61,994 bases of DNA from Phycisphaerales bacterium (GCA_046153875.1 JBJXFE010000046.1:1-61994); one strand, 5' to 3'. Numbered from the stretch's first letter, positions 34,559 to 43,806 are shown. Numbers and translations: made by a program. Notes: generated by a model from the letters alone, not told the origin.

Positions 34559-35950
34559 ATGCCCGCCATGGACTCGTTCGCCTATCGCGGGGGCGTGCTT
34601 CACGCGGAAGAGGTTGCCGCGCGAGACCTGGCCGACCGCTTCGGCACGCCGCTCTTTGTCTACTCGCGCGCGACGCTGGAAGGGCACTACGACCGCCTCG
34701 CCGCCGCGTTCGCCGAGCTCCGCCCGCTGATCTGCTACAGCATCAAGTCCTGCCCCAACATCCACGTCTGCCGCGTGCTCGTCGAGCGCGGCTCGGGCAT
34801 GGATGTCGTCAGCGGCGGGGAGCTCGAACGGGCGTGGCTGGCCGGGTGCCCCATGGAGCGCGTCGTCTACGCGGGCGTGGGCAAGACCGAGCCCGAGATC
34901 CGCGCGGCCATGGACGGTCGGTGGAGCCTGTTGAAGGCCGGAAGAGACGGAGAGACGGAGAGACGGAGATACGCAGGACACGAACCCGCCGCGACCCGCG
35001 GCCCCATCGCCCTGTTCAACATCGAGAGCGAGCCGGAGTTTGAGGTCGTTGCCCGGATCGCGAAGGAGCTCGGCGTCGTCGCCCACGGTGCGCTGCGCAT
35101 CAACCCCGACGTGGACCCGCACACGCACGCCTACACGAGCACGGGCAAGAAAGAGACCAAGTTCGGCGTGGACCTGGCCCGGGCGGTGAAGTTCTTCGAG
35201 CGGAACGGGCGCGATGAATGGCTCAGGCTCGACGCCCTCCACCTTCACATCGGCTCGCCGGTTTACGAGACCGGGCCGTACGTCGAGGCCATCGGCAAGA
35301 CACTCGCCCTCATCGACGACCTGGAGCGGCGGGGCTTCCCGATCCGCACGCTCGACGTCGGCGGCGGGTTCGCCGCGGACTACGAGACGGAGCGCAGCCC
35401 GCGGGCGACGGACTACGCGGCGGCGATCGTGCCCCTGCTGCGCGATCGGGTGGCGCGCGGGCTGAAGATCATCCTCGAACCCGGCCGGCAGATCAGCGCC
35501 AACGCGGGCGTGCTGCTCGCGCGCGTGCAATACGTGAAGGAGGGCGGTGACGGAAAGCGGTTCATCATCACCGACGCGGGGATGCACACGCTGATCCGCC
35601 CTGCCCTGTACGGCTCGTTCCACTTCATCTGGCCCGCCGAGGTGGCACCCGGGCTCGTCCCGGCGCGCCGCGTGGAGACGCCCGACCTGCCCGGGCTCGT
35701 GCCGTGCGACGTGGTCGGACCGATCTGCGAGTCCGCCGACTTCCTGGCCAAGGGCCGCATGCTCCCGCCGGTGTCACGCGGCCACGTGCTCGCGGTCTTC
35801 GGCGCCGGCGCCTACGGAATGTCGATGGCCAGCCGCTATAACAGCCACCCGCTGCCGGCGGAGGTGCTGGTCTCCGGGCGCGACGCGCGAGTGGTCCGCC
35901 GGCGCGAGAGCGTCGCCGACCTGCTCTGGCACGAAACCGCCGAGGGCTGA
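34559..35950 (+). CDS. lysA: diaminopimelate decarboxylase
   Basis: PLP-fold motifs CYSIKSCPN, LDVGGGF, EPGRQISANAG and CESADF. Carries an in-frame octamer-repeat insert (repeat 34944-34975). Confidence 0.9.
   Translation: MPAMDSFAYRGGVLHAEEVAARDLADRFGTPLFVYSRATLEGHYDRLAAAFAELRPLICYSIKSCPNIHVCRVLVERGSGMDVVSGGELERAWLAGCPMERVVYAGVGKTEPEIRAAMDGRWSLLKAGRDGETERRRYAGHEPAATRGPIALFNIESEPEFEVVARIAKELGVVAHGALRINPDVDPHTHAYTSTGKKETKFGVDLARAVKFFERNGRDEWLRLDALHLHIGSPVYETGPYVEAIGKTLALIDDLERRGFPIRTLDVGGGFAADYETERSPRATDYAAAIVPLLRDRVARGLKIILEPGRQISANAGVLLARVQYVKEGGDGKRFIITDAGMHTLIRPALYGSFHFIWPAEVAPGLVPARRVETPDLPGLVPCDVVGPICESADFLAKGRMLPPVSRGHVLAVFGAGAYGMSMASRYNSHPLPAEVLVSGRDARVVRRRESVADLLWHETAEG
34944..34975 (+). 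repeat. 4 tandem 8-nt units (agagacgg agagacgg agagacgg agatacgc) inside lysA
   Basis: Read from the sequence. Translates in-frame to KAGRDGETERRRYAGHE within a ~30-aa insertion (RWSLLKAGRDGETERRRYAGHEPAATRGPIAL) in the N-terminal barrel region. Confidence 0.85.
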
Positions 35951-36046
35951 TCCCCAACGATGCGGGCGCGGAGGGGCGCGACGCCGGCGCGGTCGATGCG
36001 CCGGTACACTGCACGCGGTCGTCCGCCTACTGGAAGGGGGTCGCGC

Positions 36047-37711
36047 GTGTTCTCACTCCTCGTCGTGTTCGCCGGTGTCGCGGTCGCGATCCTGATTGTC
36101 GTCGGCGCGGCCAAGCTCCCGGACAAGAGCATGCGCACCGCCGGCGGCGTGCTGGCGCTGGCCGTGCTCGTCATGTTCACGGTCGCCAGCTCAATCCGGC
36201 TCATCGGGCCGGACGAGGTCGGCATCGTCGTGAAGAACATCGGGACGGCCCGCCTCCAGGGCGGCGCCTACATCGCCGTCAAGGGCGAGCAGGGCATCCA
36301 GGCCGAGGTTCTCGAGCCGGGGTGGCACTTCTGGTACTGGCCGTTCATCTACGACGTGCGCGAGATGCAGCTCACCGAGGTGCCGCAGGGACAGGTGGGG
36401 ATCATCGACGCGAAGGACGGCCTGCCGCTCCCCTCCGGCCAGGTCATCGCCGACGAGTGGGCCCCGGGCACGCAGCAGCAGATGTACGACGCGCGGTTCT
36501 ACCTCACTACGGGCAAGGGCCAGAAGGGCACGCAGGCGAATGTGCTCACGCCGGGCAAGTACCGGCTGAACACCGAGCTGTTCAAGATCACCATCGTGCC
36601 GCAGACGGAGGTGCCGCACGGCGAGGTCGCGGTGCTCAAGGCGAACTTCGGCCGGCCGCCGACACTGCGGATCCAGGGGCCAGCGGCCGAGGGCGCCGAG
36701 GAGCTGCGCCTGGCGGACGAGGGGGAGATGGGCGTGCGTGCGAAGGCGCTCCCGCCCGGCAAGTACGCGATCAACACGCAGGCGTACACGGTGCTCGAGA
36801 TCTGGACCACACAGATGATCGCGCACTACACCGCGGAGTCGGTCGGGGCGTCCGCTGGCGCGCCGCGGGCGGCCGGTGTGGCACACGACCCCGCGATGGA
36901 CGAGCGCGCGATCACGGTTCGCACCAACGACGGGTTCACGTTCCCCGTCGACGTCCGCATCGAGTACGAGGTCAAGCCCGAGGACGCGCCCGTGGTCGTC
37001 GCGAAGCTGGGCGGCGACGACGAAAAGGACGCCCGGTTCCCCAACGCGCTCAACTCGGCGGTTCGGGCCATTTTCCGCAACAACGCCGAGACGGTCCGCG
37101 CGCTCGATTACGTCCAGCAGCGTTCCAACCAGGAGCAGCAATCCCTCCAGATGCTCGCGGAGGAGATGGCCCGCTTCGGCGTGACGATCACCGCCGTGCG
37201 CATCGGCAACGTCGGCGACGAGAAGACCCTGGGCACGCTGCTCAAGACCCAGACCGACCGCGAGATCGCCAAGCAGGAGCAGATGACGTTCCAGGAGCAG
37301 CAGAAGGCCGCGGAGCAGAAGAAGCTCCTGAGCCGCGCCACCCAGGAATCCGAGGAGGAGAAGCGCCTGGCCACCGCGGCGTACGCCGCCAAGATCGCCG
37401 ACGAGGACAAAAAGAAGAAGCTGATCGAGGCCGCGGCGGAGGCCGAGTCGATCACCATCAAGGCCAAGGCCCAGGCCGACGCCTACGCGCTGATCGCCAT
37501 GCAGATCGGCAAGTCCAACGCGGCCCTGATCGAAGTCCTCAAGATCGTCGGCGAACACGGCATCCAGATCACGCCCCGAGTCATGATCGGCGGCGGGAAC
37601 GGCGGTGGCGGGAACGGTGCGGCCAATGCGCTGTTCGGGACCATGCTCGACACCATGGTCAGCCGCGACGAGGAAACGCCGGCGCTAACCGCCCCGGCGC
37701 GCAAGCCGTAA
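36047..37711 (+). CDS. SPFH/band-7 domain protein, flotillin-like, with large insertion and C-terminal coiled-coil/Gly-rich tail
   Basis: GTG at 36047 preceded by GGAAGGGGG. N-terminal TM helix, SPFH core (IRLIGPDEVGIVVKNIG...), flotillin-type EA/KQ-rich coiled coil (EQQKAAEQKKLLSRATQESEEEKRLATAAYAAKIADEDKKKKLIEAAAEAE). Confidence 0.8.
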   Translation: MFSLLVVFAGVAVAILIVVGAAKLPDKSMRTAGGVLALAVLVMFTVASSIRLIGPDEVGIVVKNIGTARLQGGAYIAVKGEQGIQAEVLEPGWHFWYWPFIYDVREMQLTEVPQGQVGIIDAKDGLPLPSGQVIADEWAPGTQQQMYDARFYLTTGKGQKGTQANVLTPGKYRLNTELFKITIVPQTEVPHGEVAVLKANFGRPPTLRIQGPAAEGAEELRLADEGEMGVRAKALPPGKYAINTQAYTVLEIWTTQMIAHYTAESVGASAGAPRAAGVAHDPAMDERAITVRTNDGFTFPVDVRIEYEVKPEDAPVVVAKLGGDDEKDARFPNALNSAVRAIFRNNAETVRALDYVQQRSNQEQQSLQMLAEEMARFGVTITAVRIGNVGDEKTLGTLLKTQTDREIAKQEQMTFQEQQKAAEQKKLLSRATQESEEEKRLATAAYAAKIADEDKKKKLIEAAAEAESITIKAKAQADAYALIAMQIGKSNAALIEVLKIVGEHGIQITPRVMIGGGNGGGGNGAANALFGTMLDTMVSRDEETPALTAPARKP

Positions 37712-37816
37712 GCGGCCCGCGCCACGCTTGCCCGCGCCAAGGGCGCGCGGTTCGACGCTCTCCATCTCGCGGTCACCCGCCGGGGCAGGTCTCTTCGTCT
37801 GTTCCGACCCGTCGCT

Positions 37817-37832
37817 CGCGCTGCGGGTCCTG
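37817..37832 (-). repeat. 2-unit remnant of the GAGAC octamer repeat (plus strand ggtctctt cgtctgtt) immediately 3-prime of the metalloprotease gene stop
   Basis: Read from the sequence. Same orientation as the gene-internal arrays (GAGAC on the sense strand). Only two units, so this could be chance. Confidence 0.35.
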
Positions 37833-37833
37833 T

Positions 37834-40800
37834 TTATGGACATCCCAGAACATACTTGCCCTGGAAGCACCCGAAGTCTGCGACAGTGAGCGTGCCGCTC
37901 GTGTTGCAGTCCGCGTAGAGATCACCCAGCACGTACTTGCCCTGGAAGCACCCGAAGTCCGCGACCGTGAGCGTGCCGCTGCCGTTGCAGTCCGGGTAGC
38001 ACAGTTCCTCGCACTCATCGGGCACGCCGTTGCTGTTCATATCCGGCGAGAAGCCCCCGGCGATGTCGCAGTTGTCCGCGCGCTGGTTGTTGTTGCAGTC
38101 GGTCCCCGCGTCGGGCACAAAGTCGAACCCGGTCGGGTGGTCGAGCCCCGAGTTCACGCCCTGGATGTAGGCGCGCATCAGGAAACCGTTGTCGGACCGG
38201 AACTCATAGATGCGGGCGTTGGTGAGGTGCAGCGGGCCCGTCCCCCCGCCCCCGGTGGACTCATGGTCGTGCGTGCGGCTCACGTACACGTTGCCTTCCG
38301 GCCCGATGCGCAGGCACGTGGGCTGGTCGAGCGTCATCACCGTCGCCGTGCCGTTGATGTTGAACTGCTTGATGAAGGCCCCGGTCGCGCCGTTGTATTC
38401 CAGCACGCGGTCGCTGCCGTAGCTCGCGGCAAGGAAGCGCCCGGTGGACGGCACGAAGAGCAACCCTCGCGGGTTGGTCAGCCCGCCGTTACCGGCGAGC
38501 GTGACGAACTCGCCGGCGAATGCACCGGTCTGGTCGCTATAGCGCAGCACGCGCCCGTCGTCGCTGGAGACGAACAGGTCGCCCGTCGGCCCGAACGTGA
38601 GGCCGTACGGAGCGACCAGCCCGCCCGAGCCCGACGCGACAAAGACGCCCACGAACGCCCCCGTGGCGAGGTTGTACTCCAGCACGCTGTTGGTCCCGGC
38701 GCTGGCGACGAGGAGCGTTCCGCCCGGTTTGATCGCCATGCCGGCGGGGTTCGCGAGGCCACCCGAGCCCGGCGCGACGAGATCCCCCACGAGAGCGCCG
38801 CTCATCGCGAACTCCACCACCCGGTTCCCCAGCCCGCTGGTGACGAGGATGCGGCGGTCCGGCGTGATGATCAGGTCCGCGGCCCCGGTCACGCCGGCGT
38901 CGGTCGACACACGCGTCAACGTGCCCCACAGGGCCAAGTACTCGCGGGCCCGGGTGTGGTCCAGACTCGCGATCCAGACGTTGTGCGCCTGGCCCAGCTC
39001 AACGAGGTCGGGCGTCGTGTCGTTGTCGCAGTCCTCGAAGGCGTCGAGCAGCGCGTTTCGGTTCAGGTCCAGGCCCATGTCTGCCTGGATCTGCGCGTAG
39101 TCCAGGGCGCCGTTGTTGTCGTCGTCCGGCTCGCAGTCGTCGGGGATGTTGTTGAAGTTCAGGTCCGTGCTCACCGGAGGCACGTAGGTGCCCACCACCA
39201 CCGCGTCGATCGCGCTCTCGACGATGCTCTGCGGGTTGGCGTCGTTGGCGGTGAAGCGGAACCGCATGCTGGCGGTCTGGGCCAGCCCCGCGGCCGCGAA
39301 CTGCGCGGGCGTGAGCACGTGACGCGTCCATTCGGTGCCGTTGTTGGCGGTATGGGTGGCGAGAACGACCCATGTGCCCGCGCCGCCGGCGTTGTTGCCC
39401 TCGACGAGCAGCCGGTCCACGCCGCCGGTGGTGTTGGTCAGATTCAGGTAGTAGTCGTAGGAGAGGCTCAGCCCGCCCGCGGCCATGCCGATGGTCGGCG
39501 AGGTGAGCCGAACCGCGCCGGCGTCCACGTCGCTGTTGCCCGGGACGTTGCCGGTCAGGTAGCACTGCCCGCTGCCGTCAGAGTCCGACTGCGGGTCATA
39601 CTGATACCCGGGGTCGTTCACGGGCACGCCGCGCTCCCACGCCCCGGCGGTGGCCGCGAGAACCTCGGTCGTCCAGCCCAGGTTGGTCTCGAAGTTATCG
39701 GCGAAGACGGGGTTGACGATGCGCGCAACGAAGTCCAGATCATCGGGCACGTTGTTGCCGTTGCAGTCCGGCTCGCACTCGTCGGGCGTGCCGTTGCCGT
39801 TCGTATCGGGGCTCGTGCCCAACGCGATGTCCTGCGGGTCGAGCACCCCGTTGGCGTTGCAGTCCTCGCACTCGTCGGGCGTCCCGTTGGCGTTCACGTC
39901 GGGGCTGAAGCCGCTGGCGATGTCGAGCGGGTCGTGGATCGCGTTGCCGTTGCAGTCGTCGGCGACGCACGCCCGCGTGGTGATGTACGCCTCCATGATC
40001 AGCTCGACGACGGAGTGCATCCGCAGGTCCTGGTTGGCCGCGCCCCCCGTGAACGTCTGCCCGCAGTAGGACATGATCGTGCCGCGCTGCGGGGGCGACG
40101 TCTCCTGGTCGCAGGTGTCCAGGCCCAGGTCGTGGGTGTGCGGCGTGTTGCAGTTGTGCCCGAGCTCGTGGGCCGCGACCATGATGTCGTGGTTGTGCAC
40201 GTGCGGAATTGTCGGGTCCGCGAAGAAACCGGCCACGTACCCGATCCACGAGTAGGAGTTGTTGTTGCACAGCCCGGCGAGGTACGCCACGCCGCCGGCG
40301 GAGAGCGTCCGCCGCCCCGAGCAGTACTGGGCCACGTCCCGGGCGACCGAGCCCATGTTCGTGTTCCAGTGGTCGCGGAACGCGGCCAGCGGGTCCGCCG
40401 TGGGGTAGAGGCCGCTGGGCGCGTCCCACAGGCGGACGTACACCAGGTCCACGCGCGTGTTCACGTCGCGGATGTAGATGTCGCTGACCTGGGCGTAGAG
40501 CTGCGTGACGTAGGCGCCGGCTTCCTGCAGGTTGCCGTACAGGCTGTAGAACTCGAAGTCCGTCTCCACCGCCATCTCGATCTGCTGCAGGCCCTTGATC
40601 GGTGCGCCGTCGGTCACGCCCGTGACGCTCAGCACGGGCGAGATCGGGCGCATCCGCTTCGCGGCCGCCATCTGCGGCTCCGCACGCGAGGTGTCCGTGC
40701 CGCACGTCAGCGGCGGGCCGAATGACCCCGCGCCCGCGGGCCCGGAGGCCGGAACTTCGTACACCGCCAGCTCGCCTTCGCCCAGGTCCACGCCCCCACC

Positions 40801-41295
40801 GCTGCGCGACGTCACGGCGATCGGCCGCTCACCGGCCCCGGTGGTGATCGTGCCCGAGCTGCCCCACGGCGAGAACGACAGGAAGACGTGCGAGCCGGGC
40901 ATCCCCCGCACGCTCCCGCGCAGCATGACGATCCGGTTGGGGTCGAAGTTGAGCGGGCGATCCGGGCCGCCGGGCGTGCCCACCACGAACCGAGTGTTCG
41001 GCGTCGTCACGGTGAACCGTTCGAGCTCCAGGTCCGCGGTGCGCCCGCGCGGAAGCGGAAACCGCTCGATCACCGTCGTTGCGTTGGGGGCCAGTCCGCC
41101 CATCGCGTCGATCGCGGCCCCGTCCGAGAACACCACCGTCGCGGCCCCCGCGGTCCGGATCGGCGTGAAGCTCGGCGGTGACCCCGCGGTGGCACGCTGC
41201 GCGCTCGCGGGCGAGGCCGCCGCGAACAGCACGCCGCACGCGGCGATCAGGGAGGAGAGGAGTGCGGGCGCGAACGAACGGCGCGAGTTGCTCAT
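37834..41295 (-). CDS. giant secreted multidomain protein: M12B/reprolysin-like zinc metalloprotease, thrombospondin-type-3-like Ca-binding Asp-rich repeats, NHL (six-bladed beta-propeller) repeats, and a duplicated C-terminal 24-aa Cys-containing motif
   Basis: Signal peptide MSNSRRSFAPALLSSLIAACGVLFAAASPASAQ (ATG at 41295, RBS GGAGAAA). HELGHNCNTPH zinc motif. D-x-D-x-N-G-x-P-D-x-C-E repeats. GDLFVSS/GRVLRYS-type NHL repeats. ...CNGSGTLTVADFGCFQGKYVLG DLYADCNTSGTLTVADFGCFQGKYVLGCP at the C-terminus. The track ORF is extended through the tRNA gene. Confidence 0.75.
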   Translation of the reverse strand: MSNSRRSFAPALLSSLIAACGVLFAAASPASAQRATAGSPPSFTPIRTAGAATVVFSDGAAIDAMGGLAPNATTVIERFPLPRGRTADLELERFTVTTPNTRFVVGTPGGPDRPLNFDPNRIVMLRGSVRGMPGSHVFLSFSPWGSSGTITTGAGERPIAVTSRSGGGVDLGEGELAVYEVPASGPAGAGSFGPPLTCGTDTSRAEPQMAAAKRMRPISPVLSVTGVTDGAPIKGLQQIEMAVETDFEFYSLYGNLQEAGAYVTQLYAQVSDIYIRDVNTRVDLVYVRLWDAPSGLYPTADPLAAFRDHWNTNMGSVARDVAQYCSGRRTLSAGGVAYLAGLCNNNSYSWIGYVAGFFADPTIPHVHNHDIMVAAHELGHNCNTPHTHDLGLDTCDQETSPPQRGTIMSYCGQTFTGGAANQDLRMHSVVELIMEAYITTRACVADDCNGNAIHDPLDIASGFSPDVNANGTPDECEDCNANGVLDPQDIALGTSPDTNGNGTPDECEPDCNGNNVPDDLDFVARIVNPVFADNFETNLGWTTEVLAATAGAWERGVPVNDPGYQYDPQSDSDGSGQCYLTGNVPGNSDVDAGAVRLTSPTIGMAAGGLSLSYDYYLNLTNTTGGVDRLLVEGNNAGGAGTWVVLATHTANNGTEWTRHVLTPAQFAAAGLAQTASMRFRFTANDANPQSIVESAIDAVVVGTYVPPVSTDLNFNNIPDDCEPDDDNNGALDYAQIQADMGLDLNRNALLDAFEDCDNDTTPDLVELGQAHNVWIASLDHTRAREYLALWGTLTRVSTDAGVTGAADLIITPDRRILVTSGLGNRVVEFAMSGALVGDLVAPGSGGLANPAGMAIKPGGTLLVASAGTNSVLEYNLATGAFVGVFVASGSGGLVAPYGLTFGPTGDLFVSSDDGRVLRYSDQTGAFAGEFVTLAGNGGLTNPRGLLFVPSTGRFLAASYGSDRVLEYNGATGAFIKQFNINGTATVMTLDQPTCLRIGPEGNVYVSRTHDHESTGGGGTGPLHLTNARIYEFRSDNGFLMRAYIQGVNSGLDHPTGFDFVPDAGTDCNNNQRADNCDIAGGFSPDMNSNGVPDECEELCYPDCNGSGTLTVADFGCFQGKYVLGDLYADCNTSGTLTVADFGCFQGKYVLGCP

Positions 41296-41439
41296 CGGTT
41301 TCTCCGCCCCGGCGGCGAGGGCGCCACGCGGGAACCTCTCAGAATACCGCCCGAGCGGAAAACCGCCAGTCCCAAAGCCCGATCCCGGTCGGAAACCCGA
41401 CCCGCCCGGAGCGATCCGGGCTATCATCGGGCCGCATTC

Positions 41440-41513
41440 CGGGGTGTAGCGCAGCTTGGTAGCGCGTCTCGTTCGGGTCGAGAAGGTCGCAGGTTCGAAT
41501 CCTGTCACCCCGA
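41440..41513 (+). tRNA. tRNA-Pro (anticodon CGG)
   Basis: Cloverleaf folded by hand: acceptor CGGGGTG/CACCCCG, D-arm GCGC-AGCTTGGTA-GCGC, anticodon stem TCTCG/CGAGA with loop TTCGGGT (anticodon CGG), variable loop AGGTC, T-arm GCAGG-TTCGAAT-CCTGT, discriminator A. CCA not encoded. Confidence 0.9.
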
Positions 41514-41524
41514 TTCACACCAGG

Positions 41525-41546
41525 CCCCCGCCCGTGCGGGGGTTTT
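41525..41546 (+). terminator. putative intrinsic terminator downstream of tRNA-Pro
   Basis: Hairpin CCCCCGC-ccgt-GCGGGGG followed by TTTTGTGTTT. Confidence 0.55.
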
Positions 41547-41607
41547 GTGTTTCCTGGGCTTGCCGGCCTTCGCGGCGTGACCGCACCCTGACCAAGGAGC
41601 ACGCACG

Positions 41608-42039
41608 ATGCCGGACACGATCGTGCAGCCGTACCTGTTCTTCGGTGGTCGATGCGAGGAAGCCCTGGCGTTCTACGGCTCCGCGCTCGGGGCCCGGGTA
41701 GAAATGCTCCTGCGTTTCAGCGAAAGCCCGGAACCCGCGCCGCCCGGCGTGCTCCAGCCCGGTTTTGAGAACAAGGTCATGCACTCCTCCTTTCGCATCG
41801 GCGACACCACCGTCAAGGCGTCCGATGGTTGCCACGAGACTTCGAGCTTCAGCGGGTTCTCGCTCTCACTCGCCGTGCCGACGGCCGCCGAAGCCGATCG
41901 GGCGTTCGCCGCGCTGGCCGAGGGCGGCCGGGTGACGATGCCGCTGGCCAAGACATTCTGGTCCCCGCGCTTCGGCATGGTCACCGACCGCTTCGGCGTC
42001 GGGTGGATGGTGAGTGTCGCGGCCGGACAGCCGAAGTGA
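41608..42039 (+). CDS. VOC/glyoxalase-family protein (PhnB-like)
   Basis: Length of 143 aa and the motifs PYLFFGGRCEEALAFY...HSSFRIGDTTVKASD...RFGVGWMV are typical of the PhnB/3-demethylubiquinone methyltransferase-like VOC fold. Confidence 0.7.
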   Translation: MPDTIVQPYLFFGGRCEEALAFYGSALGARVEMLLRFSESPEPAPPGVLQPGFENKVMHSSFRIGDTTVKASDGCHETSSFSGFSLSLAVPTAAEADRAFAALAEGGRVTMPLAKTFWSPRFGMVTDRFGVGWMVSVAAGQPK

Positions 42040-42160
42040 CCCCTTGAACACCGGGTCGGCCCGCCCGTCGAACAGGAGCACGCGGAGCCTCGCGCCGCGG
42101 TTCGCTGTGGGCGCGGCGGTTGCCGCGGCCTGACGGCGGGAGTAACATGCAACCTGGAGG

Positions 42161-42631
42161 TTGCACATGAAGCCGTCGAGCACCGACCGCATCGAGAAGA
42201 GCATCGAGATCAAGGCGTCTCCCGCCCGCGTCTGGCGGGCCCTGACCGACCACCGCGAGTTCGGCGCGTGGTTCAGGGTCAACCTGGAGGGGCCGTTCCT
42301 GCCGGGGAAGACCGCCCGGGGGAGGATCACCTATCCCGGCTACGAGCATCTCGTCATGGAGGTCACGGTCGAGACGCTCGAGCCCGAACGCCTCTTCTCG
42401 TTCCGCTGGCACCCCTACGCCGTGGAGCCGGGCGTGGACTACTCGAAGGAGCCGCCCACGCTCGTCGAGTTCCGCCTGCGCAAGACGCCGGGCGGCACAC
42501 ACCTGAGCGTCACCGAGTCGGGCTTCGACGCGATCCCCGCGGGCCGGCGCGCCGAGGCGTTCCGCATGAACAGCAGCGGGTGGGCGGAGCAGGTGAAGAA
42601 CATCCTCAACCATGTCACCGCGAATCCATGA
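42161..42631 (+). CDS. SRPBCC-superfamily protein, AHSA1 (activator of Hsp90 ATPase homolog 1-like) domain
   Basis: IEIKASPARVWRALTDHREFGAWF...LEFRLRKTPGGTHLSVTESGF is the AHSA1/polyketide_cyc2 pattern. Commonly paired with ArsR regulators. Confidence 0.7.
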   Translation: MHMKPSSTDRIEKSIEIKASPARVWRALTDHREFGAWFRVNLEGPFLPGKTARGRITYPGYEHLVMEVTVETLEPERLFSFRWHPYAVEPGVDYSKEPPTLVEFRLRKTPGGTHLSVTESGFDAIPAGRRAEAFRMNSSGWAEQVKNILNHVTANP

Positions 42632-42959
42632 GCCGGCCGTTCGCGCGCTCCGCCGCCAGGCGCCGCTCTTCGCGGCCCTGGCCGACCCGACGCGCCTGGC
42701 GCTGCTGACGAAGCTCTCCGGCGGCGCGTCGCTCTCCATCGCGAGCCTCGCGGAGGGCACGCGGCTCACGCGCCAGGCGATCACCAAGCATCTGCGTGTG
42801 CTGAGAAACGCGCGGCTCGTCCGGGGCGTGCGCCGCGGGCGCGAGAGGCTCTTCCGGCTCGAGCCGGAGCCGCTCGCCGAGGCGCGACGCGCCCTCGACG
42901 GCATCGCCCGGCAGTGGGGTCTCGCGCTCGCGCGCCTGAAGGCGTTCGTCGAGGCGTAA
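42612..42959 (+). CDS. ArsR/SmtB-family winged-helix transcriptional regulator
   Basis: FAALADPTRLALLTKLSGGASLSIASLAEGTRLTRQAITKHLRVLRNARLV is the ArsR HTH signature. Overlaps the AHSA1 gene by 20 bp. Confidence 0.7.
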   Translation: MSPRIHEPAVRALRRQAPLFAALADPTRLALLTKLSGGASLSIASLAEGTRLTRQAITKHLRVLRNARLVRGVRRGRERLFRLEPEPLAEARRALDGIARQWGLALARLKAFVEA

Positions 42960-42990
42960 CGCGGGAGCGGGGAACGCCGCGCCGCACGGC

Positions 42991-43806
42991 TTAGTTCGTC
43001 TGGAGCTCCGGCTTCGTCACGTAGACGTTGTCCTCCGTGGTCGCCGGGTTGCCGTCCGCGCCCGCCGAGTAGAAGTACGGCCGCCCGGCGCGGCAGATGC
43101 CGCCGTCGGAGTCGTTCTCGGCCGTCGTGTTGTTGCGGCGCAGTTCGGCGACCAGGTACGCCGAGCCGAACGCCGGCGCGCCCAGCACGTCCAACGTCTG
43201 CACCGGACCGCCGCCCGTCGCCCGCAGAAGGCCGTCGAGCTGCGGATGGACATACCGCATGGGGCGATCCCACGCGTCGAACATCGTCCGGAGCACGGGG
43301 AACGGGTCGCCCGGGTTGGTCCCGTTGTTGTCCTGATCGACCTCCCTGAGGAACCGCGTGTCCATGCTCTTGAACACGGCCGCCACGTCCGGGTAGGCCC
43401 GGCACTGGACCTCGTAGAGCCCGACGCTGTTGATGATCCCGCCCGTACCACCGCTCGGCGTGTAGGCGTCGGCCGCGGGCAGGAGCGGCATCGGATCGAC
43501 CGACCCCGGCGCACGCGGGTCGCGCAACGCCGGCGGCGGGATGCCGTTGGTCGCGGCGATGTAGGCATCGAGGGACTGGTCGAGCGCCTTGATCGTGTAC
43601 CGCGTCTTGTCCTCGCGCCCCGAGCCCGCCACGCGGGCGCCCACCGCCAGCGCCAGCCCGACGAGGATCGCGATCACCGCGATCACGATCAGCAGCTCCA
43701 TAAGCGTGAACGCGCGTCGCCGGGCAGCGCTCCGCGCCGCGGACTCGTCCGCGGAATCAGGTACATGAACGGAGCGGTACGAGAGCACGATCGATGAACG
43801 TCGCAT
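42991..43806 (-). CDS. prepilin-type N-terminal cleavage/methylation-domain protein (pseudopilin-like; planctomycete DUF1559-type architecture)
   Basis: RAFTLMELLIVIAVIAILVGLALAV matches the class III signal / N-methylation consensus (xFTLIELLVVIAII). ATG at 43806 after a GGAGG RBS. The ~30-aa leader is unusually long and Ala replaces the usual Gly at -1. Confidence 0.7.
   Translation of the reverse strand: MRRSSIVLSYRSVHVPDSADESAARSAARRRAFTLMELLIVIAVIAILVGLALAVGARVAGSGREDKTRYTIKALDQSLDAYIAATNGIPPPALRDPRAPGSVDPMPLLPAADAYTPSGGTGGIINSVGLYEVQCRAYPDVAAVFKSMDTRFLREVDQDNNGTNPGDPFPVLRTMFDAWDRPMRYVHPQLDGLLRATGGGPVQTLDVLGAPAFGSAYLVAELRRNNTTAENDSDGGICRAGRPYFYSAGADGNPATTEDNVYVTKPELQTN

Noticed and set aside
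37731-37750. Hairpin CCGCGCC-aag-GGCGCGG between the convergent flotillin and metalloprotease genes as a bidirectional terminator
   Set aside because: Short stem with no flanking T/A run on either strand, and GC-rich palindromes are common in this composition.
41296-41439. Promoter call for tRNA-Pro (TATCAT at 41422-41427)
   Set aside because: A plausible -10 hexamer with no convincing -35. Too weak to list as a feature.
37834-41508. ORF start at 41508 for the giant metalloprotease gene
   Set aside because: That extension is the reverse-strand reading of tRNA-Pro (41440-41513). The signal-peptide Met at 41295 with an RBS is the real start.
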